This document shows positions 20,601 to 30,539 of a stretch of 64,000 nt of DNA, piece after piece (position 1 is the stretch's first letter; each line of letters starts with the position of its first letter). The translations under genes and the position numbers were made by a program. Under the pieces are notes generated by a model, which saw only the letters and a list, made by a program, of their open reading frames with translations, did not search any database and had not been told where the DNA came from. Source of the DNA: Macrostomum lignano (Eukaryota); NCBI GenBank assembly GCA_002269645.1, contig NIVC01002787.1:76537-140536 (forward strand), in the 5' to 3' direction.

Positions 20601-23600
20601 CTAAACCCAACCTCCTAAACCTAACCTCCAATGCCCGAACGGTAGACTGTTGATATTGTCATCAAAAATGAATCTCTTGTTATCTGCACCTGACAGTCCA
20701 ATCTTCTCTTGCTGAATTGTGTGAATAATATGGTTTTTGATTGTAGCTTTGAGAACTCATGTGATGTTTTTTGTTGCAATTCAAGGCGTCTCTGTATTCA
20801 GCTTCATTAATTTCCTTCCTAACTACACGTTTCGGAATTCCCTTTGATTTTTTGATTGGGTCTGACGACTCACATTTTACAAAATAGGACTTTGCTCTCA
20901 ACCCAATGAATTCAGTGATTATGTCACCAGCAATCTCGTCCTTCATTTTCCCAATCACTTTCTTGTTAGTGGCGTCAAACACTTGATCGCCATTCTGTGT
21001 CCTGCAAGATTCATCATACTCAGACAAGTCAAACAAATCTTTTTGCTGCAGCATGTCCTGATAAATGTCTTCTGTTTGAATGTCCATAATAAAACTGTCT
21101 GTGTCAGTGTACAAGAGTTTCATTTTATCCTTGTACTGCTGCTTCATGCCATAGAAGAACTGGTACATCAGACGTTTTGATTCGTCGAGAACAGTGACAC
21201 CTGTATAGATCGGCTTGCGCAGCGTCACCTTGGTTTTGTAAAATATGATCACACCTAAGTAGCTATTAAAGATATGGAGTTCTTTGAATGTTGGCTTTGA
21301 CATATTTGCCTGAATAACATCAGGCTCTGATGAGGTAACAAGTTTCAGGTTTGTTCTTTTCCGCTCATTCTCAAGAGTCTTGCCATAGACAGAGTTGTTG
21401 GCCAACTTAAAGAGGTTCTTGTCAAAGTCGTTGGTTGCTTTGGTCCTAAACTGGGTGTTTTATCAATGTAGGGTTTCATCCACGCTTCCTCTGTAAATGT
21501 AAGAGCCCGTGAACTTTGGTGACCCTGCAACCAAGTGAGATAAAATACTGAAGCAGTTTGTAATGATTTTGTAACGTGTCTTGTTGTTTAGATTCTGTGT
21601 TAGTTTCTCTGTATGTTCTTTTTCTGTTCCTGACAGGTGCCAAGTTCCATTATTATCATTGGGAGTTTCGATTATTTTCGGGCACTTGATGTTCTCTGGG
21701 AAGGGTGGAAAGTCAGAGAAATAGTCGTGAAGCTCTGGTGGAATGTAAACATCAACCTCATAAATGGCAGCCAATGAAAAGTCCCATTTGAATTCTGATG
21801 AGGGTAGCCATCGAAAATCTCTAACTGGAAGATCTTGACTCATCGCCCACCCGTAGAGATTATTAGCGTCCAAGTAAGTAATGTAGTTTGAGGGCTGCTC
21901 CTTATTGTAAGATTCAATGTAGGGATTGTTTGCTTTTGCATACCTGTTAACGCAAATTGAGATTCCCCCTCGTTTGACGATTCGACAAAATTGTACATGT
22001 CAATGTCTGTAAGAAGTTCAATGTACCAATCTGGATCTTGATCCCATTTCATTTTAAGCAAAGATTCCCAGCTAGTGGCAGGCAGAGACACATAATGTGC
22101 TGGATCGAGGCCATATGCTGTGTACCAGGTGTCTCTGAAGGTTTCAAACACATCGGCCAGCAGAAACACATCTGTGTAGAGGTAAAGCAGGTGATACTGG
22201 AAGAAGTTTTGACAATTAAAGTAATTATAGACATGCTTCGCGTGCTCATAGTCTTTGTCAGAGATTCCAGAGTCTGTTAGCTTTGAAAAGAACTTCTCCT
22301 GTGGTGGTAAACCTTCTTCAAATACATGATACCCAGTAATATTTTCATAGGGGTAGAAGCCTTTGGTTCTCAGGAGTTTAAATGATTCATCAGTGTTGTA
22401 AATTTTACTTGCAAATATCTTTGTATATGTACATTGTTCATCTTTTAGATTCTTGCTTAGTTCGTCTAGACTGGCAGCTAGAAATTGATATGAATCCTTC
22501 AGTCTTATTTTACCTGTACCCGAATTATCCTGTTTAATATCAACACACTTAAACTTCTCCTTGTTCTCTGCGATGCAATCAAGGTGTATGTCTGGAATCA
22601 TGCCGATTTTTTCAACTATTAAATGCATGTCATAGTTCTTTGCGTTGTGACAAAATATCGTTAGATCATGAATGTTCGATTTTAGCTTTAGATTACAGGT
22701 GTTATGCGCTGCACCTCTAAATTTCCCAGTAAAGTGGCAGTAGTCCCTAACAATGGGGTTTTTAACATCAGTGCAAGTTAAGTGTTTCCTGCAGATGTGG
22801 CAATGAGTTGCTGATAGGAAATTGCTTTCATCCTCCTCAGACATACTTATTGGAACAGGTTGAAGGGTGCTAATTACTCTTTGCAACTCTAACATTCTGG
22901 CAATAAACTGCTCCACACACTGCTCTCCAAAGAAATAATTATACTCAACAAGTCCTTTTGTATTAATAAAGGCATTTGCTACTGAATTGGGGATATGTTT
23001 TTGAGTTGGAGTTTGTTTTTGAGTTTCTGGCATGATTGAGCATTCGAAATCAGCAAATACAACAAATGGGAGCTTCTCCATCTTGTGATAGTTCTTAAAC
23101 CGGAGATACTTCTCTTCAGCTGTAGGAAGAGAGCAGTTGGTCAGGTGATCCTCGCATGATAATTCATGCTCTGCTAGTTTTTCAAAGCGTTCAGGTCCAC
23201 TGTAATGCTTAAGGCACAAGCGGCAGATGGCAACAGCCTCGTGATGATTATTCAATGCTTGTGAATGAGTCTTGAAAGATCTTTAATCCAAACATAGTGA
23301 GCCTCCTCTAGTAAATTACCAATCACTAGAAGATCCACTTCAGTCCGCCTTTTCCCCTCAGGATCTAAAACGTCTTTGCTACATCTGACCGGTTGAACTT
23401 TCTCAGTTTTTTCACTCCACTCAAAGACTGTGATTCTAATTTTGTTATTAAACACTTCTTCTAGCTTTGGGATCTGAGAGATCGCCAAGCCTCCTTTGTC
23501 AAACCTGATTCCCTTCTTTTCGCATTCGATGAGATAGTAGTTAAAATAGTTTTGATAATTTGAGGTTCTTTCAGGGTGGTGAGGTACCTATCATAAAAAG

Positions 23601-24428
23601 TGCAGAAAGAACTGCCCATAGAGCACAGCAATTGTCTTTATTTTTAACATTTATGCAAGCTTTTTTGCCGGCTAGCTTATGCTGGAGCTCTATATAAGAG
23701 GAGGCTTTAAGTGGGTCATATTTCATGACCATGACAGTCGCTCTTTGAATCCCTCCTACGACCCATCCGGAACCTCTGGATGTAAACGCTTCAATTTTCT
23801 TATTGACATCTTGAAGGAAAGGATCCAGTGTGTCTGTAGGGGTGAATGGCTTTGCCTTTGTTGTCATGTAATACTCGAGATGCTCAGTGGGTTTTGCAGG
23901 CATATAAAATGCAATCTTGAATGATATCTGTAGTTTAAAGGTCTTGCGTGTTTTGAGTGTGTGATCAACAACTGATTGGATGCTGTCTTTATAGTCGTAG
24001 ATGTTTGCGGTGGTATCCTTAATTGGGATTGTGTACTCTATGTAATGTTCTGTAAACTTCCTCTGTGCAAAATTAATCTTTTCAATGGCAAGCTCCGACT
24101 CTTTTAAATGGATTAATTGCTCTAATTTCTCTTGTTCCTGCTTATTTTGTGGGTACTTTGCTTTTTCACCAGTGAGAGTTTCGTATTTGTTAACTAAGTT
24201 GCGACTCCTCTCTTGGTGTTCCTTTGCAGAATTTTTTATAGGCGCATACTGGTTGAATTCTAATTGATTGATGATTTCCAACTGTTTTTCATAGCTTCCC
24301 AGGTGACCAGGGTCGGTGTTAAACTTTTGTTTACATGCTTCTCTTAGTAAATTACTTTTGTCTTGAAATGAGACGCCTTTTGAAAAATATTTGTTGACTA
24401 AATCTTTTGCTGGATTAGCTTTTGGCAT
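20601..24428 (-). CDS. pPolB: P1 protein-primed family B DNA polymerase with terminal-protein/OTU-like N-terminus (about 1280 aa when frameshifts are bridged)
   Basis: FADFEC (ExoI), HNAKNYD (ExoII), YLDANNLYG, KLANNSVYGK, YTDTDS; several 1-nt frameshifts. Confidence 0.97.
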
Positions 24429-24553
24429 TTTTTTCTCTAAAATAAAAAAAAAACTTTGAGGGAGACCACCCTGATAGAAAAGTTGAACTGTTTTTACATC
24501 CTATAAGTAGCGCTAGGTTTATGAAGCTGGATAAAGTGGGGTTTTAAACCTCA

Positions 24554-25000
24554 TCACATTCGCATTATTGTAAACCCAGCATTGTGCAGTGTCATGATGG
24601 CTTTGACAATGTCAGACTTGCTTATAGAATTTTCATTCTCACAATCATCACGATCGGGGCAGCCCTCTCCTGCCTTAATTGTTATACCTTTGTCTCTTGC
24701 AATCTTTTGCAATTCCAGCTGGTGGGCTCTATCATTCCCAGCTTTAACAGCAGTTGCTACACCTCCAGCTACACCACCTGCGGCACTTACAGCGCCTGCA
24801 ATGATCGGAATAAGAGCTGCTAATGGTAGGATTCCTCCTGACTTTTCATCTGTGATGCTGTGTCTTTGTTCATTACACTGAACTATTTGCTGCGTGGGAT
24901 CGATTTTTACTTTGACACCTTTAATTGATAAAAGACCTGGTTTCTTTGATTCAATGATATTATTGAGTTTATTGAGGGTTCTAGTTTCAATCTTTGTCAT
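24554..25000 (-). CDS. P1 adenovirus pX/mu-like protein, 148 aa
   Basis: SGGILPLAALIPIIAGAVSA resembles the adenovirus pX C-terminus MRGGILPLLIPLIAAAIGA (recalled, not searched). Confidence 0.75.
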   Translation of the reverse strand: MTKIETRTLNKLNNIIESKKPGLLSIKGVKVKIDPTQQIVQCNEQRHSITDEKSGGILPLAALIPIIAGAVSAAGGVAGGVATAVKAGNDRAHQLELQKIARDKGITIKAGEGCPDRDDCENENSISKSDIVKAIMTLHNAGFTIMRM

Positions 25001-25169
25001 TTTTTATTTTAATATTTGAATTAATTTCTGTGTCAGCTGGTATCACTAGGAGTTCAGCTCTAGTGAATGACCGCGTGGGGGATTTAGGGTTAAAGGCTTG
25101 AGATAAAAAGTAATACTCTTCAGAGTCGGAGGTAAAATGTCTGTCTATTTTATGCACATCAAGGCTGAA
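24987..25169 (-). pseudogene. INT: P1 integrase 3' remnant
   Basis: YFSLDVHKIDRHFTSDSEEYYFLSQ...ELLVIPADTEIN matches the C-terminus of 42474-43511. Confidence 0.9.
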
Positions 25170-25197
25170 ATATAGAGATATAGAGATTATAGAGAAA

Positions 25198-25443
25198 TAT
25201 AGAGATTTTCCTGAGGAGAAGAATCGTTGGGACAAAGAAATGCTTAGGAGACTAGACAATATAGGGGCTTCAAGCGGGTGGAAGGAACCGATCGCTCGGA
25301 AGCTAGTTAAAGCTGTTATTTTTAGTAAGGCAAAGTTGGGGTTGGGGGTTGGTTTGGGAGAAGGGGTGGGCTTTGCGTTGCACGCACCAAGTAAAGAATT
25401 AGGAAGACTGTTGAAAGAGCTGGGGGTTGAGAGAGCAGAATGA
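25198..25443 (+). pseudogene. P1 PLA2-protein 3' remnant
   Basis: YRDFPEEKNRWDKEMLRRLD...ARKLVKAVIF matches the C-terminal half of 41988-42443. Confidence 0.9.
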
Positions 25444-25574
25444 TTCAAGTAAGAAAATTCAGCTGGATTAGCGGGTGTTTGGGAGAAGAGAGAACCGGGA
25501 GGGGGATTTGCATTGCACACACCAAATAGAGACTGCGTACATCGACAGTGCATTTCCCAGTATTTGAGGTGGTT

Positions 25575-25664
25575 TTCCGACAGTTTTCCGACAGTTTTCC
25601 GGCAGTTTTCCGACAGTTTTTGGTTGCGACAAATATCCGACAGTTTGTCGGATATTTGTCGCAA
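25575..25664. repeat. 12-bp repeats (ttttccgacagt) and a perfect 19-bp-arm hairpin (25624-25664)
   Basis: ttgcgacaaatatccgaca-gtt-tgtcggatatttgtcgcaa. Confidence 0.9.
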
Positions 25665-25798
25665 ACAAAAACTCATTATCTACTAATAGTAGTCCTAGCA
25701 TATAGTACTCCTATATAGTACTCCTTATAGTAGTGGGTGTTGATTTCAACGGTGAAGAGTTCGTATTGACGTTGATCATTGAGAGAATGTAGGAAAAA

Positions 25799-26038
25799 TT
25801 ACAATTGCTTAATGATTTCTGCAAAGTTATAGTAGCTGTCGTAATCTTTTACGTAGGTTACTCCATACTTATGAAACCAGTGTCTTTAGAGAGCTAGATT
25901 AATATTAGGGACATTGATATCAACACCGGGCCAATATTTTCTCATGTATTCGCTGCATTCTAGTCTGCATTGGTACTTGGATTTGTACAATGGATGAGGC
26001 TGAGTATAATAAGAACCTGGAGAGACAACTGGAAACAT
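25799..26038 (-). pseudogene. Terminal microprotein copy with premature TAA (P1 right)
   Basis: Same ORF as 57049-57288 but CAA>TAA at 25886-25888. Confidence 0.8.
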
Positions 26039-26585
26039 TTTTATTGAGAATTTAATTTTTTTTCAAAGGGTAAGGACCCTGGGTTTGGGGATTTAAAGTT
26101 TTAGGGATCTGGTTTCAACGCTTCGGATTGAATGTGGGGAGAAGAATGCAGATTATTTTCTGATTGTTTCGAAGATGCTATGGGTGGATGTTGGTGGATT
26201 ATGTCTGTGTCAGTGAGCATAACAGGTGTTAGTGGACACCTGTTATGCTCTGATTCTGTCAGGGATAATGCTCTGATTCTGTCAGGGATAATATGGATGG
26301 ATTTAATGGGATTATGGAGGACGTTTTGTGAGCGAGTGCGACCCCCCCTTTTTCTGATTCTGTCGGGGATAATATGGATGGATTTAATGGGATTATGGAC
26401 GATGTTTTGTGAGCAGGTGCGACCCCCCCCTTTTTTTCTGATTCCGTCAGGGATAATATGAATGGATTTAGGTGGATTATGGAGGAGGTGAAAAATTTTG
26501 TCCCAAAAGCCCCCTCATGCCTTCTACTAAATATATTGTGCATAAATTGCAGTGCACTGCAACCAACATCTTTTTGGTAAACAAA

Positions 26586-26927
26586 ATGACAAACGGAATC
26601 TCCAGACTATGTTCTTGTCGCGGCGAGCTCGCTCGTCCCGCTCTTCGGCGAGCAATTATTCGAGGTGCAGGCAAGGAACTAATTCATTGTCTCTGTGAAT
26701 TGAGTCACAACGTACTCCGGGGAAATATCGATCTTTCTCCAAAACAGTATCTGCGATTAAAGCGATACAGAAGATCTTTGCGTGAATTGGCAGACACAAA
26801 ATTGTCTATAAATAGGAAGAAGAATATGCTTCTCTCGAATCCTCAAGTCGGTGGTTTTCTACCCATCCTTGCATCTGTTGCTGCACCGCTAATATCAAGC
26901 CTGTTTCGCGGACTACTTGGTCGCTAA
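26586..26927 (+). CDS. PB small basic Polinton protein with C-terminal xGGFLP amphipathic tail (pX-class), 113 aa
   Basis: LIHCLCELSHNVLRGNIDLS...LLSNPQVGGFLPILASVAAPLISSLF, a widespread Polinton protein pattern. Confidence 0.8.
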   Translation: MTNGISRLCSCRGELARPALRRAIIRGAGKELIHCLCELSHNVLRGNIDLSPKQYLRLKRYRRSLRELADTKLSINRKKNMLLSNPQVGGFLPILASVAAPLISSLFRGLLGR

Positions 26928-26928
26928 A

Positions 26929-27427
26929 ATGAATAAATACGTTGTTGTACCAGAAGAAGAATTTAATAGACTAAGTCAAGGCGCACCCCGAGAAATTGAA
27001 TCCAAAACAGAATATGAAAAACTCATTGAATACAACACTCAACTCCAAAATAAACTAAGTCAGATCAAGCAAAAGAAGAGTAATCGTTTTCCTGAACGAC
27101 AACAACGTGTTTGGGACTTGCTGACAGAAAGATACCCAAATTTGGAGTACAACAAGTCGTGGGAAATTGGATTTGATGGAAAAACCTGGCCAGGAAGCAA
27201 TATTTTCGATCTATTGAAGGAGATTACATCGAATGAAAGGCGCGACCGCCGAAGCCCAAAATATAGTACCGCTTTTTGGGCCCTGGCCGAAGAGGCAGAT
27301 ATTGCAAAAGCTCTATCAGGACGACGCCAACAAGAAGAAGTCAATGTGAAAAAAGAAGTCGGCACGGATCCGGATCGAGACGATTTTTTAGTCGAGCAAG
27401 CAATTGGAACTAATGATTTCTACAACG
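26929..27427 (+). pseudogene. PB Polinton protein (MNKYVVVPEEEF...) truncated by P2 insertion
   Basis: ORF starts 2 nt after the previous stop and terminates only inside the P2 terminus. Confidence 0.7.
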
Positions 27428-28131
27428 AGTAGAAGGCATCAGGGGGCTTTTGGGACAAAATTTTTCACGTCCTCCATAATCCACCTAGATCCATCCATAT
27501 TATCCCTGACAGAATCAGAAAAAAGGGGGGTCGCACTCGCTCACAAAACCTCCTCCATAATCCCATTAAATCCATCCATATTATCCCTAACAGAATCAGA
27601 AAAATGGGGGGGGGGTCGCACTTGCTCCGAAAACTTCGAACATAATCCTATTAAATCCATCCATATTATCCCTGACAGAATCAGAGCATGACAGGTGTCC
27701 ACTAACACCTGTTATACTCACTGACACTGACATAATCCACTGACATCCACCCATAGCATCTTCGAAACAATCAGAAAATAATCTGCATTCTTCTCCCCAC
27801 ATTCAATTCGCAACATGAAACCAGATCCCTAAAACTTTAAATCATCAGCGCAGGGTCCTTACCCTTTGAAAAAAAAATTAACTTCTTAATAAAAATGTTT
27901 CTTAAATGGTTCTTATTACAAAGCGCACGAGCCTAATTACAAGAGTAAGTACCAGTGCAAGAAGGAATGCAGTGAGTACATGAGAAAATATTGGCCCGGT
28001 GTTGATATCAATGTCCCTAATATTAATCTAGCTCTCCAAAGACACTGATTTCATAAGTATGGAGTAACCTTCGTAAAAGATTTACGACAGCTATTATAAC
28101 TTTGCAGAAATCATTAGGCAATTGTGATTTC

Positions 28132-29867
28132 TTACATTCTCTCAATGATTAACGTCAATACGAACTCTTCACCGCTGAAATCAACACCCACCCCATCTTC
28201 AGTCTCAAACTGTAGCACAATCTCGTGAATCTCCTTATTACTCAATACAACTCTTCACTGGATTTGGTTTCTCTACCACCATCTGTCCTCCAGCAACAGA
28301 GTTAGAGTTTGTACAAAATATTAGTTCGCTTTCCCTTAAATACCCAATCAAGACTGAGATTAGTTCTGATTAGAATATTCAAACCCTTTACAATGTCTGC
28401 AATATTGGGTGCTAAGAACAAACCGCTTACATTTTCCCGGGCCATTCTAACTGCCCCCGACGCTTGAGTGGCGGTCCGCGCCGCGAATTCTTCCTTATAA
28501 ACTTTCTTCTCGAATCCCAGTTCCCTATACCAAGTGTCATCTTTAAACTCAACCTCCGCATCTTTGTGAACTTGCATGACCACTCTCATTACAGTAAGAT
28601 CATAGTGTCACGTTATTGCGTAGTGGCTAGGACCCTTAAAAGGGCCGTTTGACGAGAATTGTCGTAAGTCGTTTTAGTCCCAAAATGAATCGGAGTCAAT
28701 TCTTGCAAAACGGATTGTGTAGCGGATCACTTGGCGTATAAGGGCAGGAAACTGCCGTAGTTAATTTATTGTTGAGATCAATATTAGAACGGATTAATGT
28801 CAATGCAAAACTTATTGCGCTTTGGGACACTGGCGGCTGCAACAATGGTTTCGAAGGTAATTTAGAATGATGAAGTCGAGTAGCAGACGAAGGATACCAT
28901 GGTGACGCAACGTGGTGGGTGATGGCGATGAGCACAGTGGAAGCAGTGAGTAGCAAGTAGACGGGCAGATAAGTAGCGGCGAGAATGGCATAAGCCGTGG
29001 CAGTACTCAGTGGAGTAACGGTGTGTAACAGGCGGGCCCAGACAGAGGAGCCGTGGCGAGAGATAAGGAGGCTCGAGGCAGCCAGGCGAGATGAGGAAAA
29101 CGAGACGAAAACACAAGGGCCGCAAGAACACAAGTGAAGCCAGGGAGAGGAAACAAAGGGAGGACACAAAAGGGGGTGAAGACCCCCCACCCCGCCGCCA
29201 GGCGGGGGTTAATAAAGAGGCGCAGAAGGGTTAGCATAAAACACGAAAAGTTTTCATTGGCTGGCGAGAGAACTTGAAATTGTCGATCGTGCTAAATTTT
29301 ACAGACGAACGAAAGGTTTACCAAATACACAGTGAATTAGCAATTGATACAGATTAGTTGCACGCTACTACGAGTAAACGTTAAAATAAACTATTGGAGA
29401 AATTTAAGTGAAAAATGGCAAGGGAAACTACAGTCCAACGGCCCTTTTGCAGGACCACTTTAACTAGCAACGTCACAATAGGATAGTTTGACAGGGAACA
29501 TTTTTTTATCTGGCTTACTCGCATTAGGTGTCTCAAAATGGCCTCTTTTAGTAAAGACGTTTTCTAGAAAGTAATTGTAGGTATCCACACTTTGCGTGCT
29601 CACAGGGAATACCACAGGGTCTGCTGCTGCACCTTTCCATTTGTAATAAAACTTATTATTTGCTGCCATCACATTGGGAACGTTTGACCAACCAGTGAAG
29701 TCGTTAAGATAGACATGGTAATTAGCGCCTGGATCCAGGCGAATCGCCTGCTCTAATTTTTGAATAAATGTTCCGTTTGAGTCATTAATTCGCCCAGTTA
29801 TTGTAATAGGAATGCTCTCCTTAGAGTGTGAAACAATGTTGTTTAGTCTTCCAGCAATCGCTTCCAT
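28132..29867 (-). pseudogene. mCP: P2 penton gene interrupted by a solo LTR
   Basis: 5' half (ORF 29460-29882) and 3' half (28302-28589 and beyond) flank the LTR. Confidence 0.92.
28606..29477. mobile_element. Solo LTR, 872 bp, 4-bp TSD ATAG
   Basis: TGTCACG...CGTCACA ends; ATAG at 28602-28605 and 29478-29481; removing it restores the penton sequence. Confidence 0.88.
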
Positions 29868-29888
29868 TTTTTTCACCCACAAAAAAAA

Positions 29889-30436
29889 TTAAACTTTACT
29901 AGATGAATTGTTGATCATGTTAAGCTTCACCTTCCTCTCAAATGCATAGATAATGTACAGGTCCACGGGTGTTGCGACAGTCCTCTCAATGTTAGTCACG
30001 ATATTCACAGGGCTGTTATCAGTAGGCATTTGTCTGGCAGACACATCAGCGCCAAACATCGGATATAGAGTTCCATATTGAAGAGCAGTGATAGCAATTC
30101 CATTGTTCTCTTTCACAGCCAAGTCGACCAACTTGCTGTAAAATTTGCTAATCTTGTTTTGACTGAAATCTCCATTTTGTGGCAGTGCAGGGTAAAGATT
30201 ATCACTGATTTCATGCTGAATGGACCGCACATCTCCATGCATGTAGCGTATAATGCTATTTTGGTTTCTCATGTTAATAATAATATACCTTGGATTGCTG
30301 CATGATCCCTCTTTAATGCAGATGTTTGTTCTAGTTTCGTTTCGCTCATCTCGACACATGTGGGCTGTGTATGCAACATCAATGTCCTTCTCTATTTCCT
30401 TGACATAATCCGCTCTTAGTGCAGTCTTTGGCTCAA
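29889..30436 (-). pseudogene. MCP: P2 MCP 3' fragment
   Basis: IEPKTAL...NSSSKV matches the MCP C-terminus; the 5' part is lost next to the Gypsy element. Confidence 0.92.
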
Positions 30437-30539
30437 TGTACACGTGCATTGTACGTGCGCATCCATACTGTAAAGGCGATAAATGGTAATGTACATGTAC
30501 ATGCATTGCGGAGGCTATATGAACACGTCTATATACAAG

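Larger units (their letters stand above)
11945..26528 (-). mobile_element. P1: family A Polinton/Maverick, 14,584 bp, both ends present, integrase/PLA2 internally deleted
   Basis: AGTAG...CTACT termini, long TIRs, 6-bp TSD AAATAT (11939-11944 and 26529-26534), core Polinton gene set. Confidence 0.97.
8892..27427. mobile_element. PB: left part of a second-family Polinton-like element, interrupted by P1 and truncated by P2
   Basis: Begins AGTAGAATGCATGAG (14/15 identical to the family A terminus), then diverges. Continuous across P1 by the AAATAT TSD. Carries a Polinton-type xGGFLP protein. Confidence 0.65.

Noticed and set aside
26472-26585. Longer start for the PB xGGFLP protein (also ORFs 27404, 36067, 57773)
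   Set aside because: These starts lie within or cross Polinton TIR junctions and are chimeric.
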